Shown here: in pieces, positions 38,699 through 48,292 of the stretch
Layout of the letters: every line of letters begins with the position of its first letter
Numbering within the stretch: the first letter of the stretch is position 1
IMG/VR virus record: IMGVR_UViG_3300017956_000007
Span: 1-64,000 of that record
From: a virus
DNA length: 64,000 nucleotides
Reading direction: 5' to 3' (one strand)
Made by a program: the position numbers and the translations under genes
Notes under the pieces: model-generated
What the model saw: only the letters and a program-made list of their open reading frames with translations
Databases searched by the model: none
Told to the model about the DNA's origin: nothing

Positions 38699-39876
38699 TA
38701 ATATCCTTGTGCAGCAAATTGATTGTTCAACGCAAAATTTTCTTTAAAAGAAATACTTAATGAAATATTAGTCGGGTATGATTGATCTTCAAAAAATGTA
38801 TTGCCATATTTAACCGATAATGATTCCAAAACCGATTGTCCTATTTTAAATAGATACTCATTTCCTGTTGTTTCACCATCTAAATCATAAAAAGTTATTG
38901 TATATACGTTTGGAAATTTAAAAAATTGAGAAGGCATTGTTGCTGTGTTTGTCGTTGTTATAGTTTTGGATTTTTTATTTTCTGTTGACATTGACGCTAA
39001 ATCATTTTTATCAACATCAGTTAAAGAATCGTCTTGTATATCTGTAGTAATTACCTCATCTCTTTCATGTTTACCTAGAGAAGGTAACATGCCTTTTTTT
39101 AAATTTGATATAATTTTTATTGCATTTTTCGCATCATCCGCACTTCTTGGTTTAAATTCAAAATTAAATGAATGTTGTCTTAAATTTCTCACTCCATTGA
39201 ATGATAATGCCGCATATGGATTTATTTGTCTTCTCATTGATTGAGCTGCGATGTCTACAGTTGAAGCATCGAATGCAGGAGATAAAAAAGTTGCACCTGC
39301 AGTTATGGCATTATATTTGATTCTATCAGTAAAATTATTCATATAGGCATCTAATGCTTTTTCAGTGTATGGAGATAATGATTGCCATACATCTCCATAT
39401 AATTCTTTAGTTTTTTCCCAAAAAGAATCATTACTATTAGTGTAATTATTATATGCTTGTTGAAGTCTATTTCTATCAGTAGAAGAAAATTGTTCAAATG
39501 CTTTACCTATTAAGCCTAATTCTACGTTCTGATAATCTGCGACATAACTAGTATTTAATGATCCTGATGGTAAAAATAAAACATAAGAATTTAAACTTTG
39601 ATAAGATTCACTTGTATTACTGGATGTAAGATAACTACTAATTTCAAAAGAATTGTCCTCTAAAAAATTTGTCAATCCATTATACGGATCATTTTGTTTT
39701 TCTTGTTCTAATAATCTATACTCCCTTATAATCATAAAATGATGAAGTCCTTCAGATTTATCTCCTATATTTTTAGGGTATCTATATACATTCTTACTTG
39801 TGACTAATTTTTGTATATAACTTATATAACCAGTAGGGTCATTGTTTGTTGATAAAGTAGATACCCCTTTTTCCAT
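38698..39876 (-). CDS. gp48: Baseplate tail-tube cap, gp48-like (copy 1)
   Basis: YRYP, LFLP, INPYAALSFNGV.NLRQHSFNFEFKPRS..DA, FFKFP, YPTNISLSISFKE. Confidence 0.8.
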   Translation of the reverse strand: MEKGVSTLSTNNDPTGYISYIQKLVTSKNVYRYPKNIGDKSEGLHHFMIIREYRLLEQEKQNDPYNGLTNFLEDNSFEISSYLTSSNTSESYQSLNSYVLFLPSGSLNTSYVADYQNVELGLIGKAFEQFSSTDRNRLQQAYNNYTNSNDSFWEKTKELYGDVWQSLSPYTEKALDAYMNNFTDRIKYNAITAGATFLSPAFDASTVDIAAQSMRRQINPYAALSFNGVRNLRQHSFNFEFKPRSADDAKNAIKIISNLKKGMLPSLGKHERDEVITTDIQDDSLTDVDKNDLASMSTENKKSKTITTTNTATMPSQFFKFPNVYTITFYDLDGETTGNEYLFKIGQSVLESLSVKYGNTFFEDQSYPTNISLSISFKENFALNNQFAAQGY

Positions 39877-40814
39877 TATGCCCCCTCTTCTAGAATTTGA
39901 TTATAATCACTCTCACATCTCTCTCTAGTATAGATGACAGTTTCTTTTAAGTTTAGAGTTAAATTAACCGAATGCGGAGAATTATTTTCCTCGTGAAAAA
40001 CTGGTTGAGGTGTATCACCAGAATATGTTACATCAAATTTTGTCATAACAGCATCTTCAATTTTGAACATCAAATTTCCTTTTTGCGAAGAAAAATTTTT
40101 TGTTGTGGGATAAAATCTAACACCAAAAACGTCTGGTAATAATTGAACACCATTATTTTCAAAAGTCATACCATTTAGAGACTCTGGACTAGTTACAAGA
40201 TCTTGTGGTAACATGCTAGATTTGAATATTTGAATCACCCTATTTAGAGCAATAGAATCATTTTTATTTTTGGGTACTAAATTGAAATTAAAAGAAAATT
40301 CTCTAAAACCAACTCCAGAAAAAGTTGAAGTCATAAATGGATTTTCTATTTTATTTTCATTATTCGTAAAAACTGCCCTAAGACCGGGTTTACCTTTTAA
40401 AGCCAATTCTGCTGCAATATTGAAAAAATTGGAACTATTGAAAGAACCTACTCCTTTTTTCAAAATTCTTGTAGCATTGGATCTGATTTCATCAAATTTT
40501 TCACCACTTATATTACCTCGCAATGAACCTACAGCAGCAGCTCCCACTGCACCGAATGATGAAGTATTATAACTCACATTCAATCCATCATTTAATTCTA
40601 AAGGTATAGGCAATGCAATAAAACCCTTTAATATCTTTGAATTTCCGGATCTTCTTTTTTTAATTGTAAATACACAAAATTTAGCACTTTCTCCTCCTGC
40701 GTTTGAGAAAATTAAATCAGAAGGAAATCTAGCAACATATGTAGAATCACCACTATCTGAAATTGGTAAATCAGTGACAATGTTTTTTAGTTTATCAGTC
40801 ATTGATAAAGTCAT
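39876..40814 (-). CDS. gp48: Baseplate tail-tube cap, gp48-like (copy 2)
   Basis: RFP.DL, IALPIP..LND, NPFMTSTFSGVGFREFSFNFNLVPKN..DS, LTLNLKETVIYTR. Confidence 0.8.
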   Translation of the reverse strand: MTLSMTDKLKNIVTDLPISDSGDSTYVARFPSDLIFSNAGGESAKFCVFTIKKRRSGNSKILKGFIALPIPLELNDGLNVSYNTSSFGAVGAAAVGSLRGNISGEKFDEIRSNATRILKKGVGSFNSSNFFNIAAELALKGKPGLRAVFTNNENKIENPFMTSTFSGVGFREFSFNFNLVPKNKNDSIALNRVIQIFKSSMLPQDLVTSPESLNGMTFENNGVQLLPDVFGVRFYPTTKNFSSQKGNLMFKIEDAVMTKFDVTYSGDTPQPVFHEENNSPHSVNLTLNLKETVIYTRERCESDYNQILEEGA

Positions 40815-40847
40815 GTATTTCCTTATAGAATTTTTTGTTGTAATATA

Positions 40848-40855
40848 TATTTAGT
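40848..40855 (-). promoter_or_regulatory. Putative late promoter ACTAAATA for the gp48-gp53-gp5 operon
   Basis: tatttagt in the 41-nt divergent gap, about 33 nt upstream of the ATG at 40814. Confidence 0.6.
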
Positions 40856-41290
40856 ATGGCTTACAAAGGAAAATATAATATAAAAAATATAAAAAAATAT
40901 AAAGGTGATCCCACTAATGTTACATATCGTTCATTGTGGGAAAGAAAATTTATGAAATATTGCGATGAAAATTTGAATATTATTGAATGGTCCAGTGAAG
41001 AAATAATAATACCTTACCGATCTCCAATCGATAGAAAAATACACAGATATTATCCGGATTTTTGGGTAAAACTAAGAAGAAATGATAAAAAAATAGAATG
41101 CTTTTTAATTGAAATAAAACCAAAAAAACAAACAATTCCGCCCAAAAAACCTTCTAACATGACACAAAAATATATTAAAGAAGCATATACATATGGAATA
41201 AATGAAGCAAAATGGAATGCAGCAAAAGAATATTGTAAGGACAGAAATTGGAAATTTGAAATTATTACAGAAGATCATTTATTTAACTAA
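40856..41290 (+). CDS. gp4: Head completion nuclease gp4 (TnsA-like PD-(D/E)XK)
   Basis: KYKGDPTNVTYRSLWERKFMKYCD, WSSEEIIIPY, HRYYPDF, IEIKPKKQT, NEAKWNAA. Confidence 0.95.
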   Translation: MAYKGKYNIKNIKKYKGDPTNVTYRSLWERKFMKYCDENLNIIEWSSEEIIIPYRSPIDRKIHRYYPDFWVKLRRNDKKIECFLIEIKPKKQTIPPKKPSNMTQKYIKEAYTYGINEAKWNAAKEYCKDRNWKFEIITEDHLFN

Positions 41291-41293
41291 ATA
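41286..41293 (+). promoter_or_regulatory. Putative late promoter ACTAAATA for gp2
   Basis: actaaata 5 nt upstream of the ATG at 41299, the same spacing as at 2038 and 19497. Confidence 0.65.
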
Positions 41294-41298
41294 TAGAT

Positions 41299-41874
41299 AT
41301 GGCAAAAGAAACGTTTTCAGATAAATTAAAAAAATTAATAAGAACCAGTCAGGGTACTCAAAAAACTAAAGACGCATCAAAATGGCTAAAAAGAAGAATC
41401 AGAAGCATTTCAACCGGACTAACAAATCGTTTTTCACAAATAAAAAATGCAGATGATTTTTACAGAAAAAATGATAAAAAAACTATATCATATGTAGAAC
41501 CTGGTGTAATGGCTACTTATTTTTATGATCCCAAATGGAAAAATATATTACCTTATTATGATAGATTTCCTTTAATTTTATGCGTAAAAATGTATAAAGA
41601 TGGATTTTTAGGATTAAATTTTCACTATCTTCATCCAGTAATGAGAGCAAAACTAATGGATTCTATTGATAAAATTAATGAAATCAATTGGAACAATGTT
41701 TCGAAAATAAAACAAATTAGGCCAACGGTAAAAAGATACCTATACAAACACATAACATCAAAGGTAGTTATTTTAAATGATGAGGAAAAAGAATTAGCAT
41801 TGTTTTTACCACTTGAAAAATTCGAAAAACAAGACAAAAAAACTGTATGGAAAGATAGCAAAGGAATGATATAA
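41299..41874 (+). CDS. gp2: DNA end protector protein gp2
   Basis: YFYDPK....LPYYDRFPLI, GFLGLNFHYL, VKRYL, ALFLPLEKF, VWKDS. Confidence 0.92.
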   Translation: MAKETFSDKLKKLIRTSQGTQKTKDASKWLKRRIRSISTGLTNRFSQIKNADDFYRKNDKKTISYVEPGVMATYFYDPKWKNILPYYDRFPLILCVKMYKDGFLGLNFHYLHPVMRAKLMDSIDKINEINWNNVSKIKQIRPTVKRYLYKHITSKVVILNDEEKELALFLPLEKFEKQDKKTVWKDSKGMI

Positions 41875-42470
41875 TGCCCATATCTATCAGCGAATTTAGA
41901 ACAAAGATAAATCTAAATAAAAGTGTTACTCCTGTAAACAGGTTTGAAGTAAGATTTAAAAATAGTTTAAATCAAACGTATAATCCAGAAAACCTAAGTT
42001 TTTTTTGTGAAATTGCAGAATTGCCGGGTAGGAATTTATTAACTACAGAAGAAAGAATGTACGGACCAATAAGAAAAATTGCTTATGGCAGCTCTTATGT
42101 AGAAACCAATATGACTTTCTTATGCACAAACAATGGAATGTTGGAAAAAAGATATTTTGATGAATGGATGGACAATATCATACATCCAACATCATTTGAC
42201 ACTAATTACTATGAAAATTATACAAAAGAAATAGATTTAAGCATTTTTACAGAAACAAATGAATTAGTATATTTCTGTACATTCTATGAAGCATATCCAA
42301 CTCTAGTCAGTGGAATTTCATTAAACGCTGCAGCAAAAGATGATTATGCTAAAATAAATGTAACTTTTTCATATAGATATTGGTTGAGAAATAGTGATCA
42401 AAATACAAATCTTGATACTATTTTAGATACCAATTTTGAAATGAGGCGTCAATATGGAATTGGGCCATAG
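41874..42470 (+). CDS. Tail tube-like protein / baseplate tail-tube initiator (gp54/gp19 fold)
   Basis: NRFEV, FFCEIAELPGR, FDEWMDNI, YEAYPT, VTFSYRYW. Confidence 0.8.
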   Translation: MPISISEFRTKINLNKSVTPVNRFEVRFKNSLNQTYNPENLSFFCEIAELPGRNLLTTEERMYGPIRKIAYGSSYVETNMTFLCTNNGMLEKRYFDEWMDNIIHPTSFDTNYYENYTKEIDLSIFTETNELVYFCTFYEAYPTLVSGISLNAAAKDDYAKINVTFSYRYWLRNSDQNTNLDTILDTNFEMRRQYGIGP

Positions 42471-42564
42471 GCTAATAGTATTGACTTATATTATAATCAC
42501 ATAACAAAAATCAATTGTTAAAAATTGATTTAAATTGAAAATTTTTAATGACACAGGCAAAATT

Positions 42565-43299
42565 ATGTTACCGAAATTAGACATACCTACTTATGAAATA
42601 AGTCTAGTATCAAATGATCAAAAAATAAAATTTAGACCTTTTTTGGTGAAAGAGGAAAAAATATTATTAATGGCACTGGAATCTGGACAAGAAAATGATA
42701 TATTAAGGGCTATAAAACAAATACTACAAAATTGTATCATAACAGAAATAAATATAGATGATCTTCCATTATTCGATCTTCAATATATTTTCTTACAACT
42801 TAGAGCAAGATCTGTAGGAGAAACTATTGAAGTTAGATTGAGACACAGGGATGGTATAAACAAAAATGGTGTTGAATGTGACGGAACTCAACTAATTAAA
42901 ATAAACATTGATGAAATAAGACCATCAAAAAATAAAAAATTAGAACCGAAGATTGAACTATCCAAAGATATCGGAATAGTTTTAAAATATCCTACTGTAG
43001 ATATTCTTGATAAGATTTCAACAACATCAAATACGCAAGGAATATTAGACAACACTTTTGAGATAGTTGCAGAATCTGTCGATTACATATATGAAAAAGA
43101 TGAAATATATCATAGAAAAGACCATAAAAAAGAAGAATTTGTAGAATTTTTAAATAATTTAAATTCAGAACAATTTGAAAAAATAAAAGAGTTTTTTTCA
43201 AATATGCCAACTATGTCTTTGACCAAAAACTATAGATGTAAAAAATGCGGAATTGATGAAGAATTAGAATTGAAAACATTAGAAGATTTTTTTTCGTGA
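42565..43299 (+). CDS. gp26: Baseplate hub assembly protein gp26
   Basis: MLPKLDIPTYE...IKFRPFLVKEEKILLMALES, FDLQYIFLQLRARSVGE, C-terminal CxxC...LEDFF. I prefer the ATG at 42565 over the TTG at 42535. Confidence 0.92.
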   Translation: MLPKLDIPTYEISLVSNDQKIKFRPFLVKEEKILLMALESGQENDILRAIKQILQNCIITEINIDDLPLFDLQYIFLQLRARSVGETIEVRLRHRDGINKNGVECDGTQLIKINIDEIRPSKNKKLEPKIELSKDIGIVLKYPTVDILDKISTTSNTQGILDNTFEIVAESVDYIYEKDEIYHRKDHKKEEFVEFLNNLNSEQFEKIKEFFSNMPTMSLTKNYRCKKCGIDEELELKTLEDFFS

Positions 43300-43487
43300 G
43301 CCTGTGTCATAGTTCATTAGAAAATTATTATATTTTAAATTTTAATTTAATGCAACATCACAAATATAGTTTATCAGATCTGGATAACATGATGCCTTAT
43401 GAACGTGACATTTATGTTACTTTATTGTCGAATTTTATTAAAGAAGAAAATGAAAGATTAAAACAACAACAATTAGCGAGAAAATAA
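43296..43487 (+). CDS. gp51: Baseplate hub assembly catalyst gp51
   Basis: LENYY.LNF.LMQHHKYSLSDLDNMMPYERDIYV.LL. Confidence 0.9.
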   Translation: MSLCHSSLENYYILNFNLMQHHKYSLSDLDNMMPYERDIYVTLLSNFIKEENERLKQQQLARK

Positions 43488-46342
43488 TGCCCCAAGAAAA
43501 AAATTTTTCTAATTTAATTAATTATGCTAGAGAAAATTTTAAAAATAAAAATGAAAAAAGTAATGATATTGAAAAAAATTTAAAAAATATAACTCCAAGT
43601 ATAAAAGGTATTCTAAAAAATACAAATTCGATTAGTGGAAATTTAGACATACAATTAAATTCTCAGCGAGAAAATTATAATCAATTATTAGATAATCAGA
43701 TTAAAAATAATAGTTTTCTAATAGGAAGTTTGATTGATTTAAAAAATTATATCTCTTCTTTATCTTACAATACAAAAAATAACGAAAAAGATAACCCTAG
43801 ATCTTTTGTGGAAAATAAAAATTCTAGTTATTTGAATAATTCATTTATAAAAAATAATAATCTACAAAAAAACATTCAATATAAAACATTCGATAACGAT
43901 CAGAATAATCAAAATATCGATAACTTCATAAAAAATGGTTCTCCACTAACAAAAATATATACAAAATTAGCCACTAAGCCATATGACTGGGTTTCAAAAG
44001 ATCCTGGACCATATAGACAAGGTTTTGAATTAAAATCCAAAGAATTATACGGTAAAAATGCCATAGAAGAATTGATAAAAGAAATTTCAAACGGAATACA
44101 AAAAAAATTTAAAACAATAGACATCAATAAATTTTTATCAGATGCGGTACAATATAAAAACATTTCAAATAATACAAATAATTCTAATATTATTTACGAT
44201 AATACAAATACTGAAAATAATTTTAATAATGAGAAAAAATTATTTTCAGATAATGAAGTATTTGGTAATATTTTAAAATTTACAGAAAACATATACAAAT
44301 CATCTCAAAAAATATTAAATGTAAATAGAAAAAATAATGATCAATTAAAAACATTTAATGATTCTGTATTATCTTTAATAGGTAAAGATCAACAAGTTGA
44401 AAATGAAGAAAATATTGAAAAAGTTATTGAAAAATTAGAAGGAATTAATAATTCTACTGAAAATTTAAAAAAATCCAATGAAAAAGAAAATAATGAAACA
44501 CAAAATAATCAAGAAGAAACACAAAATAATCAAAAAGAAGGAAATAATTTTTTAAGAAAATTGTTGTTAATATTTGATAGAAAAAAATATCAAGATCTTG
44601 AAGATAGACTTGAAGGAATGAAGGAAAGATTTAGTTCAATAGGAGGCACAAAAATACCAAATTTGCCAAATAAAGGACTAGGAGGATTTTTATCAAGTAT
44701 ATTGTCATCAATATTTTTAGGACCGAAAGGTGCGGCATTATTATCTAGTATGATACCTGCAACATTAGGAGTTGCAGGCAAAACACTTTTTGGGGGAATA
44801 GCAGCAATACTATTAGGTCCTAAATTATTTGAATCTATAAAGGCAGGTTTAGAAAAGGGGGGTGATGAAGGTTTTACAGCAGGTGTAGGAGAACTACTTG
44901 ATACTTTTTTTAAAGAAGAAGATATTAAATCAAATTTAGGAGCAGGAGCTGCTCTTGGATTTTTAGCATTTAAAGGACCCAGAGGCATTATACCAGGAAT
45001 GATTTTGGGTGGTACAATGAATTTCTTAAAAAAAATGTGGGGCGATAAAGTTTTTGAGCCTGAAGGAGGTGTGACAAAAGGTAAATTCCATAAAATTTTA
45101 ACAGATAGCGCCATTGGTGGACTACTCGGAGCAGCAGTTTTAGGAATACCAGGAATTTTACTTGGAGGTTCGTTTAATGCTTTATACGGAGTATTAACCG
45201 ATAAAGACACGCACATAAATCCAACTTCTATAACAACAGGTATAATGGGTCTTATAGCAGGACTTTCGGGTGGAGCATTATTAGGAGCAAAATTGGGTCT
45301 GGTTGGCGGACCAATAGGTGCATTAGCAGGTGCAATGTTAGGAGCAGCATTAGGTGTTGCCTTTGGTTCGTGGATTACAGATACAGAAGCAAAAAAAGCA
45401 GTTCAAGATATTGCAAAAGATTCTAATGAACATTTACAATTGATGAACAAAAAATTATCACCTGAAGGTCTTACTGAACAAGAATCTGTCAGAATGAATG
45501 AATTAAATGAAAATTATCAATTAAAAATGAGTAAAGTTGCAAGTAGTCCCCAAGAAGCATCAACAAAATTGTTTGCTGCACATGCTGTTGATCCTAGTCA
45601 AATTAATGATACTATGGAATTAATTGATAGAATGAATTTAAAAAATGAATTATCTACTATTAATAGAATTTTAAATACAAATATGTCTAAAATAGGAGAT
45701 TTATTTACTTTTGATGTGGATGAACAATCATTAAAATTAAAAAATAATGCTAGTTTTGATGTTAAAAAAATTCCAGGAGATCCCAGACCAGATGCTCCTA
45801 AACATAACATAAAATTTGATGCAAATGAAAACCTTGAGAATATTTTATTAAAAGCTGGAGGAAATACTGCATCACAGATTTCTCAAAGATTGATAAATCA
45901 ATTAAACAGTATTGCCAGATCATCACCTGAATTTGATAGAATGAGTCGAGAGAGAATGCAAGATAAATCAAGAAGATTTGGTCCACAAGATCGTAAAAAT
46001 CTTCAAGGAAAATATATTAATGATATTTTATTAGAAATTCCGATGAAAAAAACTGGAGGAGTTTTTAATAACCCTGAATTGATTATGGTAGGAGAATCAT
46101 CACCGAACAATCCTGAAATTTTATTCAATAGACAACAATTAGAAGCGTTGGGACAAATTTTTAGTATGCAAAAAGAAAACAAAAATATGAGTCAATCATT
46201 AAATGTTGCTCCAATTGTAATACCGCCTAACACTTCTAATTATTTTGATAACAAAAATATTTCGGTTCAAGAATATAACATTACTGAAATACCGCCTGAA
46301 CCGAATTCATCTGTATCTTTTAAAGATAGTCTATCGTATTAA
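43487..46342 (+). CDS. Probable tail tape-measure protein (gp29-like, 951 aa)
   Basis: Follows gp26-gp51; Asn-rich helical N-terminus; central Gly-rich hydrophobic segments (GAKLGLVGGPIGALAGAMLGAALG); late GG.F..PELIMVGE...PE motif. Confidence 0.72.
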   Translation: MPQEKNFSNLINYARENFKNKNEKSNDIEKNLKNITPSIKGILKNTNSISGNLDIQLNSQRENYNQLLDNQIKNNSFLIGSLIDLKNYISSLSYNTKNNEKDNPRSFVENKNSSYLNNSFIKNNNLQKNIQYKTFDNDQNNQNIDNFIKNGSPLTKIYTKLATKPYDWVSKDPGPYRQGFELKSKELYGKNAIEELIKEISNGIQKKFKTIDINKFLSDAVQYKNISNNTNNSNIIYDNTNTENNFNNEKKLFSDNEVFGNILKFTENIYKSSQKILNVNRKNNDQLKTFNDSVLSLIGKDQQVENEENIEKVIEKLEGINNSTENLKKSNEKENNETQNNQEETQNNQKEGNNFLRKLLLIFDRKKYQDLEDRLEGMKERFSSIGGTKIPNLPNKGLGGFLSSILSSIFLGPKGAALLSSMIPATLGVAGKTLFGGIAAILLGPKLFESIKAGLEKGGDEGFTAGVGELLDTFFKEEDIKSNLGAGAALGFLAFKGPRGIIPGMILGGTMNFLKKMWGDKVFEPEGGVTKGKFHKILTDSAIGGLLGAAVLGIPGILLGGSFNALYGVLTDKDTHINPTSITTGIMGLIAGLSGGALLGAKLGLVGGPIGALAGAMLGAALGVAFGSWITDTEAKKAVQDIAKDSNEHLQLMNKKLSPEGLTEQESVRMNELNENYQLKMSKVASSPQEASTKLFAAHAVDPSQINDTMELIDRMNLKNELSTINRILNTNMSKIGDLFTFDVDEQSLKLKNNASFDVKKIPGDPRPDAPKHNIKFDANENLENILLKAGGNTASQISQRLINQLNSIARSSPEFDRMSRERMQDKSRRFGPQDRKNLQGKYINDILLEIPMKKTGGVFNNPELIMVGESSPNNPEILFNRQQLEALGQIFSMQKENKNMSQSLNVAPIVIPPNTSNYFDNKNISVQEYNITEIPPEPNSSVSFKDSLSY

Positions 46343-47250
46343 CCTTCTTCTGCCAGTTTTGCAAAATATGACATATCTTCATCATCGTCATCAACATTCA
46401 TACTTGCATATGCTGGCATAGGCTTACGATCCTGCTGCATTTCTTCCTCAGCTGTAGGACGTTTTTGAACAGATTGAACCACAGGTTCCTCAATTCTTGG
46501 TTTATCTAGGGCAAGAACCATATCTAATCTTTCTTTTAGTTCATCATAGGTTTTGAAGTTATCGTCCGCAGTAAACTCAGACAGAGAATACTGAGAATTC
46601 CAAACAGCTTCAAGTTCTTCATCAGTTTCAAGTAATTGACCTGGTGAATCAAATTCAGATTTATCATAATTTTGATAACCTTCTACTTTACGAATTTTCA
46701 ATTTAAAATTCGCACCCTCCCATAAATCAAAAGGATTTACAGGTGTTTCGTCTTCAAATTCAGGATTCATAAGATCATTGATCTTATCGAAAATCTTTTT
46801 ACCAAATTTGTAAAGAAAAACTTTTCCTTCATTTTGAGGATTTTTTGGGTCAGAAATAACATAAATGTTACTAATATATGTCAAACGGCGCTTTTGCTTT
46901 CTCGCCACTTCTTTATTTGCTTCAATACCAGAATTCCATAATTGAGTATTATATTCTGATACTGGATCTTTTTTTCCAAGGGTGGTCAAAGAATTTTCGA
47001 TATACCATAGTCCTGTTGGACCTTGAAAACCATGATTAAAAACTCTAGCCCAAGGAATATCTTCTCCTTGCACTGGAGGTAAAAATCTAATAACGGCATA
47101 ACCATTACCAGATTTATCTACTTCTGGTTTCCAGAACCTATCATCAATATAACTCTTTGATTCAGAAGGAGTGTCAATTTTTTCAATTTCTTTATTGAGT
47201 TGCTTTAAAAAAGAATTGCGGTTTTTCTTGAGTTCGGATAGTGAAGTCAT
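46339..47250 (-). CDS. gp32: Single-stranded DNA-binding protein gp32
   Basis: DDRFWKPEVDKSGNGYAVIRFLP, WYIENSLTTLG, KVFLYKFGKKIFDKI, GANFKLKIRKVEGYQNYDKSEF; acidic tail ending YFAKLAEE. Confidence 0.97.
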   Translation of the reverse strand: MTSLSELKKNRNSFLKQLNKEIEKIDTPSESKSYIDDRFWKPEVDKSGNGYAVIRFLPPVQGEDIPWARVFNHGFQGPTGLWYIENSLTTLGKKDPVSEYNTQLWNSGIEANKEVARKQKRRLTYISNIYVISDPKNPQNEGKVFLYKFGKKIFDKINDLMNPEFEDETPVNPFDLWEGANFKLKIRKVEGYQNYDKSEFDSPGQLLETDEELEAVWNSQYSLSEFTADDNFKTYDELKERLDMVLALDKPRIEEPVVQSVQKRPTAEEEMQQDRKPMPAYASMNVDDDDEDMSYFAKLAEEG

Positions 47251-47275
47251 ATCGTTCCTTTCGTATTTCGAAATA

Positions 47276-47887
47276 TTACGTTGTATATTGCTGTATCTTG
47301 TTTCGTAAAATTTTACGAAACTTGGTCTTATCCACCTCCAAAAATGGAGTATACTTCAAAACTTTATTTCTAAATTGAGGCCATACAAATTTTTCAGAAA
47401 TTTTTCTGTCCCAATCAGGTATAAAATTAAGAATTAAATTTAGTATGGAGAATGTTTCCATACTAATATATTTAGCAATGGCCAATCTCAATAAAAGTGG
47501 ATGATGACCTTTATCGATTTTGAACCATTGATCAAAATCTCCTTCATTTAATAGTTTATCTATTTCATTACTAAACATGTAACCCATGCTTTGAACACGT
47601 TTATTCCAATTAGTATAACATATTTCTGCTTGAGTGTCAAGCGCTTCTCCAATCCACATATTTTCATCATCGATGAAATTTGCCACAAAAAATTTAACGA
47701 TTTCTTCATCTTTGAAATTTTTTGCTAATTTTACAAAAAAGAAATGATCATTACGCTTTTTAAATGTTTCGTATGAGACCTTTCTTTTTCCTTTTCCATA
47801 CTTAAAATAATCAAATTTTTCAGTAAGAAAATGATTTTTGATTGCTACATATTCCTTATAACAATCGAACGGTTCCATTTTAATCAT
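47276..47887 (-). CDS. gp59: Helicase loader gp59
   Basis: FDCYKEYVAIKNHF...FDYFKY, F.KRND.FFF.KLA, FFVANF, KYTPFL; adjacent to gp32 and gp33. Confidence 0.92.
   Translation of the reverse strand: MIKMEPFDCYKEYVAIKNHFLTEKFDYFKYGKGKRKVSYETFKKRNDHFFFVKLAKNFKDEEIVKFFVANFIDDENMWIGEALDTQAEICYTNWNKRVQSMGYMFSNEIDKLLNEGDFDQWFKIDKGHHPLLLRLAIAKYISMETFSILNLILNFIPDWDRKISEKFVWPQFRNKVLKYTPFLEVDKTKFRKILRNKIQQYTT
47300..47321. repeat. Perfect 22-bp palindrome GTTTCGTAAAATTTTACGAAAC in the gp32 upstream region
   Basis: Read directly; lies in the 3' end of gp59, about 50 nt upstream of the gp32 ATG. Confidence 0.85.
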
Positions 47888-48108
47888 AATCCAGGTATTG
47901 TAGCAGTTTTTGGTAAAAAGTGCAAATCAATTGCCTCTTCTCTAACTTTCTGTTTTAAAGCTCCTTGAATTATTTTTCCTGCCGTTTCAGGTTCAATTTT
48001 ATTTTCTTCACAATAATATGAAATAGCCTCAATATAAGTCATTTTTGTCTGTATGACTAATTGTTCAATTATTACTGAAAATTCTTGAGGTTTAAGAGTT
48101 TTAATCAT
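47884..48108 (-). CDS. gp33: Late transcription co-activator gp33
   Basis: FS..IE.LV.....TYIEAISYYCEENKIEPE...K.I...LKQKV..EA..LHFL; 33-59-32 synteny as in T4. Confidence 0.9.
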   Translation of the reverse strand: MIKTLKPQEFSVIIEQLVIQTKMTYIEAISYYCEENKIEPETAGKIIQGALKQKVREEAIDLHFLPKTATIPGL

Positions 48109-48292
48109 AAATTTTAAAAAATTCTTTCAAAATAGGTTTTAACAAATCCCTGTCTTTTAGTATTTTACCGACATTATGACCACAATTTTGAATAGTCATT
48201 TTTTTAATATTATCACAATCCTCTATTAATGTCAATTGTTTTTGCTCATTAGAAGAGTCTCCATTAATAATTAAATATTCTGTTTTAATCAA
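48101..48292 (-). CDS. Small hypothetical protein
   Basis: 63-aa ORF with TTG start overlapping the clpP stop; fills the gap to gp33. Confidence 0.45.
   Translation of the reverse strand: MIKTEYLIINGDSSNEQKQLTLIEDCDNIKKMTIQNCGHNVGKILKDRDLLKPILKEFFKIYD

Noticed and set aside
40856-41290. TnsA-like nuclease as a sign of a Tn7 element or homing endonuclease
   Set aside because: Sequence and position match the core T4-like head completion protein gp4.
42481-42531. TTGACT and TATAAT hexamers and a 9-bp inverted repeat (42508-42531) upstream of gp26
   Set aside because: The hexamers are only 5 nt apart and the hairpin is almost all A/U; not convincing as a promoter or terminator.
44590-45216. 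208-aa minus-strand Pro-rich ORF
   Set aside because: Mirror of the Gly-rich (GGN codon) part of the tape-measure gene.
46339-46342. Convergent genes sharing a TTAA stop (also 2401-2404)
   Set aside because: Common compaction in AT-rich phage genomes; no evidence of function.
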